From positions 1 through 64,000 of the forward strand of contig JAVYOA010000003.1 of NCBI GenBank assembly GCA_038734945.1: a DNA stretch of 64,000 bases. Direction: 5' to 3'. A model generated the notes under the pieces. It worked only from the letters and a program-made list of their open reading frames with translations, made no database searches and had not been told where the DNA came from. How positions within the stretch are numbered: position 1 is the first letter of the stretch; the number at the start of each line of letters is the position of its first letter. This document shows positions 1 through 10,021 of the stretch, one piece after another. The stretch comes from Fervidicoccaceae archaeon (GTDB taxonomy: Archaea; Thermoproteota; Thermoprotei_A; Sulfolobales; Fervidicoccaceae). A program made the position numbers and the translations under genes.

Positions 1-313
1 GACCATCATGCCAAGTGGCATTGGTTCTCAGCTTAAATACGTAGCAGCCACATGTGGTGTTTACATAATAGCTCTCTGCCAGTCCCGGAACCAAGTTCAG
101 GTTATTGTCGAACCTAAGCAGCGTGTCGAAAATCTGAGCAGCTACAAAGGCACCATTCCATGAGCTCGATGCTGTTATTTGTGTAGGCTCTGAAACCATT
201 GCAATGGTCAGTGTTCCTCCAACCTGAATTTCGCCTGCCTCTGTATATAGGAACGATGCTATAAGAGATATAATTGCAAGAGCTATTGCCAGAGTTATAT
301 AGATCTTCTTCAA
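1..313 (-). CDS. ABC transporter peptide/oligopeptide substrate-binding protein (family 5), N-terminal part; runs off the window edge
   Basis: Not in the ORF track. Manual translation from TTG at 313 (GGTGG RBS upstream) gives MKKIYITLAIALAIISLIASFLYTEAGEIQVGGTLTIAMVSEP...QIFDTLLRFDNNLNLVPGLAESY...YVFKLRTNATWHDG: signal peptide plus typical OppA/DppA motifs. Confidence 0.9.
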   Translation of the reverse strand, partial: MKKIYITLAIALAIISLIASFLYTEAGEIQVGGTLTIAMVSEPTQITASSSWNGAFVAAQIFDTLLRFDNNLNLVPGLAESYYVNTTCGCYVFKLRTNATWHDG

Positions 314-510
314 TGGGAACCACCTAAGTTGGGAAGTTTCATTGGTGGGAAAATTCGCTGTAGACTGTAGATTAAAAAGTTGATGTTCTACTCATGACAA
401 ATTTAAAAAAAGCTGCGGAAAAAACATTCGGTTAACTGGAATGCTGTTTGAGATCCTATGCTTCAAGCTTCTACTAAGAAAGGGGAAACTCTCAATCCGA
501 AAAAGCCCTT

Positions 511-1716
511 TTATTTTGCTTCATTTAGATACTCTCCCAAAGTCTCTATACCTTTCTCTATCTTTTCTTCAGGCTGGGTCACAAACGTTATCCTCAGATG
601 CCCTCTTCCACTACTTCCAAAAATTGAGCCTGGCAGCATTATCACTTGCCTTTCCTCAGCAAGCCTGTAGGCGAATTCCACGTCATCCTTTATATTATAC
701 TTCTCCATGTAGGCTGATATATCTGGAAAGAGATACATTCCCGCTGGAGGCTTCCAAACCTTTGCTTCAGGAAGATACTTCCTAACAGCCTCGTAGGCTT
801 TGTCTCTTCTGTTTTTGTAGAGAGGAATAACTCTTCTCAGGTATTCCTCCTTTATGTTTGTGGTAAGAGCAAAATATGCCATCCATTGAGCGGAAGTAGA
901 AGATGAGATCGAGGTAAGTCCCTTCAGCTTTGCAAGCTCCTTGATAACTTCCTTTGGAGCATATGTGTATCCAAGCCTCAGACCTGGTATAGCTATGTCC
1001 TTGGAGAAAGAATTGATGCCAACCAGCCTCTCCATAGTTCTGCTGTATCTTTGGATCCAAACGTGCTCTCCTTCGTACACTATGTGCTTATATGCTTCAT
1101 CATACAGCAGCCACACATCATTATCTATAGCTAGATCAGCAATCAGCTTCATTGTGCTCTCTCTCAATATTCTCGAAGTAGGATTATCTGGACTCGTCAC
1201 AAGCACAAAAGATGTAGTTCTTGTAATCTTTTCCTTAAGACATTCCTCATCAGGCTGAAACTCATTGTCTATGGTCTGAGAGCAAGTTTTCAATTTCAAA
1301 CCGTACATCTTTGCTAGGTCCCAGTAGACACTGTATGAGGGATCAAGAAAGAGAACCTCATCTCCAGGATCAGCAAGGGCAAAGAACGTGAGATTCAGTC
1401 CCTCTATTCCTCCTTCGGTTATAACTATATTGCTTGGCTCAACATCAAATTTCCCATATTTCTTCAGATCATTGGATACAGCCACTCTCAGCTCTTCGAG
1501 TCCTGCAGGTGGGAGATATTTATAGTGATTGAAGCTGTCTTTCAGCGCATGCTCGAATGTCATTCTTATCAAATTCTCATCGGGAGGAAAACCAGGCTGA
1601 CCAGCAGAAAAATTATAGACCTTCTTGCCACTCCTTATTAGTTCATCAAGCTTAGAAACGAGAATGCGATGAGGAGATGGAGAAATCTGCTTGCTTCTGG
1701 ATGAAATCTTTCTCAA
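511..1716 (-). CDS. PLP-dependent aminotransferase class I/II (aspartate aminotransferase-like)
   Basis: GQPGF, SPDNPTS, DEAY, SFSKDIAIPGLRLG (PLP lysine), PGSIFG..GRGHLRITF. Confidence 0.92.
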   Translation of the reverse strand: MRKISSRSKQISPSPHRILVSKLDELIRSGKKVYNFSAGQPGFPPDENLIRMTFEHALKDSFNHYKYLPPAGLEELRVAVSNDLKKYGKFDVEPSNIVITEGGIEGLNLTFFALADPGDEVLFLDPSYSVYWDLAKMYGLKLKTCSQTIDNEFQPDEECLKEKITRTTSFVLVTSPDNPTSRILRESTMKLIADLAIDNDVWLLYDEAYKHIVYEGEHVWIQRYSRTMERLVGINSFSKDIAIPGLRLGYTYAPKEVIKELAKLKGLTSISSSTSAQWMAYFALTTNIKEEYLRRVIPLYKNRRDKAYEAVRKYLPEAKVWKPPAGMYLFPDISAYMEKYNIKDDVEFAYRLAEERQVIMLPGSIFGSSGRGHLRITFVTQPEEKIEKGIETLGEYLNEAK

Positions 1717-1867
1717 AGTATCACCATAATTAAAAATGATGCTATTTTTGTAATAAACTTTTTGAATTTTGAGAAAATATGCATAAAATTTTACTTTTAA
1801 TAGTTTTTCATTTTATAAAAAGTCAATGAAATTCCTCATAATAGATGTTTTCTGAAAAGCTGAGAAA

Positions 1868-4429
1868 TCACGCTTCACATGTAGGACATCCTCCTGCATA
1901 ATCCTCTTCAGCAGCCAACATCTCCTTCTTTCCAATTCTGAGCCTTTTCGCCGTTTGTTTAACCTCTCTGAACTCCTCCAATTTTTTCTTTATTGCTTCA
2001 TCGCTCTGCATGCTGCCTTTTTTGGTTACCCCTTTGTTGAGAACCTGTATGCTTTTGCTCTTGTCTCTGTAAACAGTGACTCCCTTTATTCCAAGCTTCC
2101 ATGCTAGCTTGAAGATTTTGCTCACCGTCTCGCTTGGCTCGCTCTCCCTCAGGTTTATTGTCTTGCTCGTCCCAGCATCAACCCATGCCTGCCAAGCTGC
2201 TTGATGTAGCAAATGCCATATGGGATCGATATCGTGAGCTGTTTTGAAAACTTCTTTAAGAGCGGGATCAATACCATCTATTTCCTGAATGGATCCCGTT
2301 TCTGCAATTTTCTCTATGAGCTCTCTCGATCCTTTCCCTCTTCTGTCGAGTTCCTTCATGAACACTTTATCAATCTCCATGAAAGTTCCTACAGATACAA
2401 TTCTCATAAATGCAAGAGCGAACAGAGGCTCAATGCTGCTACTTGTTCCTCCTATTATGCTAATTGTCCCAGTAGGAGCAATACTGGTAACTGTAGCATT
2501 TCTAAGTCCATTCTCCTCGTACAGCCTATCGATCAATGACCAGTCCGGCTTAGGAAGATCCATAGACACCTTTTTCTGAACTTTTATGTTTGCTTTCTCG
2601 AGCAGATCCTCAATTTTTATGGCATCTCTCCATATAGGTCTGTATTTCCTTGGATCGAATGAGGGGAATGGGCCTTTCTCCTTTGCCAAATATATGCTCT
2701 CCAAATATGCGTTGTAGGCTATCCACTCCGAAATCTTGTATCCAAGATAAACAGCATCAACTGAATCGTAGGGAATTCCCAGCATTCCCAACATGTGGGC
2801 CCATCCCATTACACCAAGTCCTATCTTTCTTGTTTTCCTATTGGCCTCTGTTATTTGAGGAAGTGGATGCTTGTTTGCATCTATCACATTATCAAGGAAT
2901 CTCACAGCGATCCTTACATCTTCCCCAAGCCTATTCCAATCAATAGTTAGGCCGCTTTCTCCCTCTACTACGTACTTTGTTAGATTTATGCTGCCCAGAT
3001 TGCAGTTCTCCCAATCAAGAAGTGGTTCCTCTCCGCACGGATTTGTTGAATTTATCTTTCCTAGGTACCATGTGGGATGCCTCCTATTTATTGTGTCGAT
3101 GAAAAGCATGCCAGGATCTCCGCTATCCCACGCACCGTTCACAATTTCCTCGAATAGCTCTCTGGCTCTAACCCATCCAACTATGGCATTTTCATTCTCG
3201 GCTATCGCGAGAGCTTCCTCCCATGTTATTATAGAGGAGCTTGTGAGAGCAATGGACCAGTCATTTTCCTCAAGCTCCTCGTAAATCTCTTCCTGAACCC
3301 ATTCCTCGCTTATGCTATATCTCATCAGCCTTGTAGCGTAGAACCTGCTGTCCAGCTCTTCAGTATTCCTCAGCCAAGTCCTTCTTGGATTAATGAGAGG
3401 CCACATCCCATCCTTCTCTACTGCTTCCATGAACTTGTCATAGATTCCAACGCTTATGTTGAAGTTCTGGAGCACCACGTCCTTCAGTTCTCCCGTTTTC
3501 GCCTTTATGAACTTTCTAATATCTGGATGGAATACATGGAGAACCCCCATATTTGCTCCTCTTCTCTTTCCTCCTTGCTTTATCACCTCTGTAGTTGTAT
3601 CAAAAAGTCTCATGAAGCTGAGAGGACCACTCGCTATACCTTGTGTTGACTTGACTATATCTCCCTCCGGTCTGAGCTCTGAGAAGTCAAATCCAGTTCC
3701 TCCTCCCTGTTGCTGTATGAGAGCCTGGGCTCTCAAGGAATCCATTATGCCGTCTCCCTTTTCAGTTGTAAGGGAATCTCTGACTGGAATAACATAGCAT
3801 GCACTGAGGACACCGTTTCTGGTGCCAGCATTCATGAGAGTTGGTGAGTTTGGCATGAATCGAAGTTCAGAAATTATTTCATAAAACTTTTTTGTATAAT
3901 AATTCTTTTTTTCTTGGTCATTTTCAACTGATGCTATGAAGCTTGCTACACGATAGAACATCATGGAAGGTGTTTCAGCATATCTGAGAGTTTCGTGATT
4001 CTTTACCAAATACCTAGCTTCAAGGACCTTGAGGGCATTGAAGGAGAGCCTGAGGTCCTCTTCCTTGAAGGAGCTCCATTTGCCCTTTCCAAATACATGA
4101 TTGTAAATCCTGCCCAGAACATAGCGCTTAGCTGCTTCTTCCCAAGCTGGATTTTCAATCATCAGAGATATCATGTTTTTTTCCACAAGATCAGAGATCT
4201 GCCATGTCGGTACTTCGTTTCCTCTTAGTCCTACATCTCTTAGAATCTGCTCTAATATCTGCTCTTTCTCTTCTTCAATTATTTGAGATATCCCGTTTGT
4301 GGCCTTTCTAATTGATGCTCTGATCTTCTCCACATTAAGTTCCTCCTTCCTTCCATCCCGCTTCACTACTGTTATCTTCACATCGACAGGACTATCGCCA
4401 TTTTTTGGCTCAATAATTTCCTGTTTCAT
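1868..4429 (-). CDS. nrdJ: Adenosylcobalamin-dependent (class II) ribonucleotide reductase with N-terminal ATP cone
   Basis: VVKRDGR ATP cone, [25 protein letters not shown] thiyl-radical Cys, [14 protein letters not shown]-terminal CPTC. Start moved to ATG 4429 behind a GGTG RBS. No intein seen. Confidence 0.95.
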   Translation of the reverse strand: MKQEIIEPKNGDSPVDVKITVVKRDGRKEELNVEKIRASIRKATNGISQIIEEEKEQILEQILRDVGLRGNEVPTWQISDLVEKNMISLMIENPAWEEAAKRYVLGRIYNHVFGKGKWSSFKEEDLRLSFNALKVLEARYLVKNHETLRYAETPSMMFYRVASFIASVENDQEKKNYYTKKFYEIISELRFMPNSPTLMNAGTRNGVLSACYVIPVRDSLTTEKGDGIMDSLRAQALIQQQGGGTGFDFSELRPEGDIVKSTQGIASGPLSFMRLFDTTTEVIKQGGKRRGANMGVLHVFHPDIRKFIKAKTGELKDVVLQNFNISVGIYDKFMEAVEKDGMWPLINPRRTWLRNTEELDSRFYATRLMRYSISEEWVQEEIYEELEENDWSIALTSSSIITWEEALAIAENENAIVGWVRARELFEEIVNGAWDSGDPGMLFIDTINRRHPTWYLGKINSTNPCGEEPLLDWENCNLGSINLTKYVVEGESGLTIDWNRLGEDVRIAVRFLDNVIDANKHPLPQITEANRKTRKIGLGVMGWAHMLGMLGIPYDSVDAVYLGYKISEWIAYNAYLESIYLAKEKGPFPSFDPRKYRPIWRDAIKIEDLLEKANIKVQKKVSMDLPKPDWSLIDRLYEENGLRNATVTSIAPTGTISIIGGTSSSIEPLFALAFMRIVSVGTFMEIDKVFMKELDRRGKGSRELIEKIAETGSIQEIDGIDPALKEVFKTAHDIDPIWHLLHQAAWQAWVDAGTSKTINLRESEPSETVSKIFKLAWKLGIKGVTVYRDKSKSIQVLNKGVTKKGSMQSDEAIKKKLEEFREVKQTAKRLRIGKKEMLAAEEDYAGGCPTCEA

Positions 4430-4781
4430 AAGATAACACCGCACAGCTTTCATTCTATTTTCGGAGAAGCGCCCCCGATAAAATCTAGATCATCGTTTAT
4501 GTTATAGAAATTTATCCTTTTTGTATTTTTGCAAGTTTTGGAAGTTATCAGATCAGTAATATTTCTGAGAGAATGGTTGGGCACCATTTTTCGAAAAACC
4601 TTAAAATATCAAATTTATGATGCTTTTAGGATTCAGGAGCTGCTTTCGTGCTGATTGGTTTGAAATTATATCGAATTTAACAAATATTAGGCATGTATTA
4701 TGAATTAAAATCAAGAGAATTTTCAAAAAAAAAGAGAAGAAAGTGCTTAGTTTAAACAACGTAGCACAAAATAAGTTATTC

Positions 4782-5702
4782 ATGAGAAGTGAGAGAAAAT
4801 TGATGTGCACCAGATGCAAGGGAAAGCCAGCAATAGTGAAGAAGCCATTTACGAGTGAGCTACTCTGCAGGGAATGTTTTTTGAGTGACCTTGTTAAGAG
4901 AGTGAAGAGAAACCTCTCTAGAAGCAAGCAGCTGAACTATGGAGAGAAGGTTGCCTACCTACTACCTTCCCGTTTCCTGATCTCTGGAGCACTCGGCTTA
5001 AAAATAGTTAGCAGTATAGAAAAGAAATACTCCTCGGAGGTACATGTCTTTTTGGATAGCAGGAAGAGTGCAGAGGTTATTGAGAGGGAGGTTAAAATTG
5101 ATGGGGGGAGCATGTATATTCTCAATATACCACAAAAGCTGAAGAAGTTGATTGATAATGATAGTCTTCTTGCTTGGTGGAGAAGATACAGGGCAATAGC
5201 CAGCCATGCTTTATCGAAGAGAGGATTCAGATCCATCCTTTTTCCCATATGTGCAGAAGCTTCTCTAAAAATGGAGATATCTTCTATATTGGCTGCTGAA
5301 CTGGATGGTGTGGGGGAAAGCAAGCTATTCTTTCAGAGGCCGGATGGTTTCAGCTTTGTTAACATTTTTCATGGCATCTCTTGCCGCGAAGCTTATTTCC
5401 TTTCTTATCTAACTTTTCCCTCTCTCTTCAGCATTGAAGGTACTGTAGGAAAAGTATGGATAGAGAGCTTGAATGATAAATATGCCGAGAGGCTCCTTCT
5501 CAGTGCAATAAAGTTCAGAAGCGGGGAAATACTGCATTCCGTTGATAAATCTATGGAATGGCTTTTGGGGTCATCTATCACAGCGAGATGCAGATTCTGC
5601 GGAGGTCTGTCAATAGGAAAAGATACCTGCAATGCCTGTACTTACTTCGAAAATCCGGAGATCGCGAGCCTACTTTCTGATATCGACCTTGAGGAGTACT
5701 GA
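4782..5702 (+). CDS. TtuA/Ncs6 (tRNA thiolation)-like protein with terminal zinc fingers but a degenerate PP-loop
   Basis: N-terminal CTRC..LCREC followed by KRVKRNL..LNYGEKVA; C-terminal CRFCG..TCNAC. SGGKDS is absent (LLPSRFLIS at that position). Start uncertain (4782/4800/4803). Confidence 0.6.
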   Translation: MRSERKLMCTRCKGKPAIVKKPFTSELLCRECFLSDLVKRVKRNLSRSKQLNYGEKVAYLLPSRFLISGALGLKIVSSIEKKYSSEVHVFLDSRKSAEVIEREVKIDGGSMYILNIPQKLKKLIDNDSLLAWWRRYRAIASHALSKRGFRSILFPICAEASLKMEISSILAAELDGVGESKLFFQRPDGFSFVNIFHGISCREAYFLSYLTFPSLFSIEGTVGKVWIESLNDKYAERLLLSAIKFRSGEILHSVDKSMEWLLGSSITARCRFCGGLSIGKDTCNACTYFENPEIASLLSDIDLEEY

Positions 5703-5731
5703 GGCGAATGAAAGTGCCTGGTTCTATGTCT

Positions 5732-6070
5732 CTATGTACCTCTCCCCTCATCTTTTTCTCCTTTTCTAATAAGCTCCATCCTTCTTATTTCGCTATATCT
5801 GTTTATGAGATATGAAAGGAGGACCTTGAGCCTACCGTAATACCTAGGACTCTTGTACCTTCTCAGTTTAGTTTTCAGCTCGTTCAGATCGGGTTCTTTT
5901 CCCCCAAACCAGGACTTCACTAGCGATCTGTATACATACATCATGAGGCGCTCATATTCATCTTCTAGAGCGAAGGATGAATCATCCATTTTCTCCTCTA
6001 TAATTTCGAGGACATCGTCGCCAATGTAGGAGTCAAGAACATTAATTATTTCGGTGGCTTTTCTTCTCAT
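5732..6070 (-). CDS. Hypothetical protein
   Basis: 112-aa ORF with GGTG RBS and a charged helical composition; fills the gap between neighbours. Confidence 0.75.
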   Translation of the reverse strand: MRRKATEIINVLDSYIGDDVLEIIEEKMDDSSFALEDEYERLMMYVYRSLVKSWFGGKEPDLNELKTKLRRYKSPRYYGRLKVLLSYLINRYSEIRRMELIRKGEKDEGRGT

Positions 6071-6252
6071 CTAAAGCACCTTCGGAGAAGGGGCCATTTA
6101 GTTTTTGTGGTGTACTAGGAATTTTAATTTTTTCCCTCTCCCTTATATACATGCTTTTTCTACAAAGAATTTCGCTCGTGCTGAAAGGATTTCTGAAATC
6201 CCATCTAAATAGATATTTAAATTTGTCAATCCATCCTCTTTGTGTGGTCAAA

Positions 6253-7323
6253 TTGAAAATAAGGGCATTAACACTGCATATAAGCGTACCACAGGGGATC
6301 AAGGAAAGTGAGCTTGAAAAGCTCCTTTCAGATAAGACGAATCTGCTTCTCAATTCAGCTGAAAAATTGGAGGCTGAAACAGGAATTGAGGTCTGGTCAG
6401 CGAGAATTTCCCTTCATTCAATGCAAGACAATCTAATAGATGAGGCAATAGCTACTTTGAAAAAATATCCGAATGTTAGAGCCATGATTTACGAGAGGAA
6501 AGTTTCTGAGATGGACATAGATCTCTTGAAGAAAGTTACCAAGGAAGGTATGTATGCTGCTATAAAAGTAGAGCATCATGGAGAGCTGGAGAAGCTTGCT
6601 AGGGCCATTGAGAGAGTTTCCGAAGAAAATCCTGAGCACGCTACAAGATTTGCTGCAGAATTGAGCGGCGAAAGCCTTGAGACTGCTTATTTTCCTCTTT
6701 CTCTTCATGGTGGTGGAAAAGAGGATAAGTTCACTCTGGCGCTTCTCTATCCAAATGATGCCATGCTTATTCCCGAGGAGATAGCCAAGTCTCTTGAAAT
6801 TGTGCTAGAGAAGTTCTACGAGAAGATTTCTTTGTTTCTGAAGGAAGGTCTCCTGGGGACAAAAATTTCAGGCATTGACTACTCCCTCAGCCCTTGGATG
6901 GAGGAAAGCGTAGCAAAGCTTATTCAGGAGAAGGGGAAATGCAGATTGGAAAGGGCTGGATGTCTTGGTGAAGTATGGGAAGTGAACAGGGTCCTTCAAG
7001 GAATTGCGAGAAAAAGGATGGGGATTGGGTTCAATGAAGTTATGCTGCCATTATCCGAAGACGATGAGCTTAAAAGCTTAGTTAGCCAGGGAAAGCTGGG
7101 TATTAGAGACTTCCTGCTTTACTCATCAGTTTGCGTGGCTGGATTGGATATGATTCCTCTCAGTACAAGCTCCAGAGAATTGCGGGAGATACTTCAGGCA
7201 GCTTATGCGATTGCAAGAACAAAACAGAGACCATACGGTGTAAGGCTCATATTGGTGAAAAATGCTGATGGGAAAGTTCGCTTAGGGGGGTTCGGAGATG
7301 TGCCAGTGCTAGTGAAGTATTAG
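6253..7323 (+). CDS. DUF711 family (PFL-like fold) protein
   Basis: MKIRALTLH start, RISL, YFP, GIDYSLSPW..ESVA, GFNEVMLPLSED, YSSVCVAGLDMIP. Start set to TTG 6253. Confidence 0.8.
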   Translation: MKIRALTLHISVPQGIKESELEKLLSDKTNLLLNSAEKLEAETGIEVWSARISLHSMQDNLIDEAIATLKKYPNVRAMIYERKVSEMDIDLLKKVTKEGMYAAIKVEHHGELEKLARAIERVSEENPEHATRFAAELSGESLETAYFPLSLHGGGKEDKFTLALLYPNDAMLIPEEIAKSLEIVLEKFYEKISLFLKEGLLGTKISGIDYSLSPWMEESVAKLIQEKGKCRLERAGCLGEVWEVNRVLQGIARKRMGIGFNEVMLPLSEDDELKSLVSQGKLGIRDFLLYSSVCVAGLDMIPLSTSSRELREILQAAYAIARTKQRPYGVRLILVKNADGKVRLGGFGDVPVLVKY

Positions 7324-7754
7324 GCGCTTACCCTCTTCTCGGCACACTCAAATAGCTGCCTTACGATATCGGCTGCAACATTCTCAACGACCTTTCCTAG
7401 AGCAGCAAGCATGCCTCCCAGTTTCGCATCAGCTGTGTAATCGAGCTTTGTTTTACCCTGATCTTGATCTGCAAGGATAACGCTCGCTTTTGCTTCAAAA
7501 GAGTTTCCTATGCTTCCACCCTTGAGAAATACCTCATATTCTTCCTGAGGCTTCTGCTCTTTTATGTATCCTTCTATGTTGAAAGTCCCGGAGATAGCCC
7601 CAACCTTGAACTTCACTTTTGCCTTGAAGTTTGTTCCTTTTATGTCATAGCTTTGAATGCCAGGAACACATTCAACAACCTTCGCGGGATCGTTGAAGAA
7701 CTCAGCTACTTTTGCCCTACTTGCGTTTATCAGAAGTGTGTTTTTTATTTGCAT
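7320..7754 (-). CDS. CoxG / SRPBCC family protein
   Basis: FFNDPAKVVECVPG, KVGAISGTF, YTADAKLGGMLAALG. Confidence 0.85.
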   Translation of the reverse strand: MQIKNTLLINASRAKVAEFFNDPAKVVECVPGIQSYDIKGTNFKAKVKFKVGAISGTFNIEGYIKEQKPQEEYEVFLKGGSIGNSFEAKASVILADQDQGKTKLDYTADAKLGGMLAALGKVVENVAADIVRQLFECAEKRVSA

Positions 7755-7927
7755 TTTTTTCACCGATCAAGAGATATTTTTCGAGGAATTAATTTTTTTC
7801 GCATGTTAGCGACAAAAATGAAAAATAGTTTTGAACCATTCGAGAACATACAAAATAAAATAATTACGATATATTTATATGAATTGAAGCTAAAGGTTTA
7901 TGCAACATATTTAGGAGGATGGAAAAT

Positions 7928-8302
7928 ATGAAAAAGTTTGGGGATTTGATTTATTCACCTGAGCAAGCAGCCGGAGAGGCGATAAGCAAAGTAGAGACGC
8001 ATACTCCGAAAATCGAGGCTCCAGAAAAGGTTAAGGCCAACGAGCCATTTGAAATTAAATTGTTCGTGGGTCCACATCCTAACCAAGTAGCCCACTCAAT
8101 ACGCTACATAAAGGTATACTTCGAGGAGGAGGGCAGAGCTTTCAATCCGGTTCACATTGCAACAACTTATCTTGAGCCTGAATACGCTGAACCAAAAATA
8201 ACTCTCACTGTGAAGCTTAAGAAAAGCGGAGTGATTTATGCCATAGAGTACTGCAACCTGCATGGCCTCTGGGAAGCGAAGAAGGAAATAAAGGTGGAGT
8301 GA
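7928..8302 (+). CDS. Superoxide reductase-like (class II SORL / desulfoferrodoxin domain) protein
   Basis: ETHTPKIEAP, PHPNQVAHSIRYI, YCNLHGLWE iron-ligand motifs. Confidence 0.92.
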   Translation: MKKFGDLIYSPEQAAGEAISKVETHTPKIEAPEKVKANEPFEIKLFVGPHPNQVAHSIRYIKVYFEEEGRAFNPVHIATTYLEPEYAEPKITLTVKLKKSGVIYAIEYCNLHGLWEAKKEIKVE

Positions 8303-8344
8303 ATTTTTCATCTCTGTTTTTTTCCGCGAACCCTTGAACTGTTT

Positions 8345-8902
8345 TTATTTCTTTTCACTGAAAAATAGAAGTATGAAGCCGGAAAAATAGCAGAATATAT
8401 TGAATAATTCGAGAAGAGCCACAGACGGCCACGAGATTGCTATAGAACCTCCTATGCTTGCTGCAAATATAGCTATTAAGGCTAATCCATGTAGTTTCTT
8501 TCCTGATCGCATTAGCGAAATCCCAAAAATGAATAGGGAAAACGTCATGATGATGAAGAACTCGAGTGAGACGAACATATGCGGTTTTGTTCCCTCGGGA
8601 AAAAGTCCTATAGCCGCAAGAGAAAAGGTCCCAACCAGATATATTCCTGCTCCAATGCAACCAATTCTATTGGGCAAGAGCTTTAGGATATATACTGAAT
8701 AAATGGAGGCAAAAATCGATGATGCAATTAACGTATAGTTGAATATGAACGAATTTTCTATCCCTATTCTACCTAAATCGCTAAGAGCATTTTCCCATAC
8801 ATTGAACCAAGGATTTAGAGAAATGGAAATTCCTATTCCAGTGAAGGCTATTATGAAGGACAAAATTCCAAAGTACTTAAGTAAACCTGTTGACAGTTTC
8901 AT
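8345..8902 (-). CDS. DUF998 family membrane protein
   Basis: NPWFNVWENALSDLG, IGLFPE..PH; several transmembrane segments. Confidence 0.8.
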   Translation of the reverse strand: MKLSTGLLKYFGILSFIIAFTGIGISISLNPWFNVWENALSDLGRIGIENSFIFNYTLIASSIFASIYSVYILKLLPNRIGCIGAGIYLVGTFSLAAIGLFPEGTKPHMFVSLEFFIIMTFSLFIFGISLMRSGKKLHGLALIAIFAASIGGSIAISWPSVALLELFNIFCYFSGFILLFFSEKK

Positions 8903-8921
8903 TTTTGAAGCACGCTTGAAT

Positions 8922-9641
8922 CTAGAGCCTCTTCAGAAGTGATTCAATCTCATCTATTGTCAGCTTCCTGTATTCCTTCCGCTCCGCTTCTATCACGCCA
9001 ATATCGAAGTTAATTGCCTTGAGCTCCTGGTCGCTGGATTCCTTCAGGACTCTTATTGAAAGAAGTATAGCATCCTCGAGGCTCATGTCCTGCTTGTAGC
9101 TCTTTTCCAGTTTCTCCTCAATTGTAGATTCGCCCCTTCCTATGGATGTAGCGTAGTACCCGAAGTATTGTCCAGCAGGATCAGTCTTGAATAACTGGGG
9201 ACCTGAGGAGTCAACACCTCCTATGAGCAATGAAACACCGAACGGCCTAACTCCTCCGTGCTGTGTGTATGCTTGCTTTAGGTCGCTTATCTGCTTGGTA
9301 AGATACTCTATTGGAATTGGCTCTCCATATGTCAGTCTGTGCCCCACCGCTAGTTGCCTCGCATACTCTATAAGTATTCTTCCATCTCCTCCAAAGCCAG
9401 CGAATGATACACCTATATGAGAATCTATAGTGCTTACCTTCTCAATACTTGCAACATCTACTAGTGACTTGGTAATAGCCTTCTCTGCAGCTAGTACTAC
9501 GCCCTGTTTTACTCTTATTCCTACTGTGCTCCATCCCTGTTTTACAGCTTCAAACGCATACTGAACTTGATAGAGCCTTCCATCTGGTGAAAACACGGTT
9601 AATGCTCTGTCATATCCCATCATAGCAGGGGAGAATGCCAT
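8922..9641 (-). CDS. psmA: Proteasome subunit alpha
   Basis: GYDRALTVFSPDGRLYQVQYA signature, GGVRPFGVSLLIGG. Confidence 0.97.
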   Translation of the reverse strand: MAFSPAMMGYDRALTVFSPDGRLYQVQYAFEAVKQGWSTVGIRVKQGVVLAAEKAITKSLVDVASIEKVSTIDSHIGVSFAGFGGDGRILIEYARQLAVGHRLTYGEPIPIEYLTKQISDLKQAYTQHGGVRPFGVSLLIGGVDSSGPQLFKTDPAGQYFGYYATSIGRGESTIEEKLEKSYKQDMSLEDAILLSIRVLKESSDQELKAINFDIGVIEAERKEYRKLTIDEIESLLKRL

Positions 9642-9886
9642 GGATCTTCCACCTTCTATTTTTCCCTTTTCTTTTTAAGTTGAAAGCTATTAATAGTTTC
9701 GCTCGTGCTTTTTTCAATATAGGCGAAAAATTTCATGTACTGCCTGGAATTCCATTTGCTATTAATACAGAAAAAATGTTATTCCTTTGCTCTTTTATGA
9801 GCAAGCAGTCTTTCTATTCCTTAAATATTAGGAATCCACTTTTATCCAATTTATCTCTTTGAGAATTCGAGAAAACTAATTGAGAA

Positions 9887-9965
9887 TCAGGTCAGGTCGT
9901 CGCGAGGCATTCATCGGCGGACGTTCTCCGCCTAATTCCCATTTTGGGACGGCCTCATCATTCCC
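9887..9965 (-). ncRNA. Structured box C/D-like small RNA
   Basis: GC-rich island in an AT-rich spacer. Minus strand: GGGA-ATGATGA (C box, 9955-9961), two perfect hairpins (9937-9949, 9916-9932), CTGA D boxes (9892-9895, 9887-9890). CTTATAT TATA-like element at 9991-9997. Confidence 0.65.
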
Positions 9966-10021
9966 TTATCATGATTTATTTAGCAAAAGAATATAAGTGT
10001 TGACCGCATCAACCGTTCTAT

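Noticed and set aside
114..323. 69-aa minus-strand ORF from the track
   Set aside because: Out-of-frame shadow of the real peptide-binding protein gene that starts at 313.
3180..3390. Insertion in NrdJ as a possible intein
   Set aside because: Short (about 65 aa), with no C/S...HN splice motifs or endonuclease signature.
4617..4654. ATGATGC...CTGA in the nrdJ upstream region
   Set aside because: Too short for a two-guide C/D RNA and no internal boxes; likely chance in AT-rich DNA.
7828..7836. GTT-N3-AAC (SurR-like box) upstream of the SOR-like gene
   Set aside because: A single short match is expected by chance, and SurR regulation is established for Thermococcales, not this lineage.
9887..9965. 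Fluoride riboswitch or hammerhead interpretation of the structured RNA
   Set aside because: The resemblance (GAUGA..GCCUC) is partial. P1/pseudoknot spacing does not fit crcB, no fluoride-related gene follows, and the hammerhead CUGANGA/GAAA core is absent.
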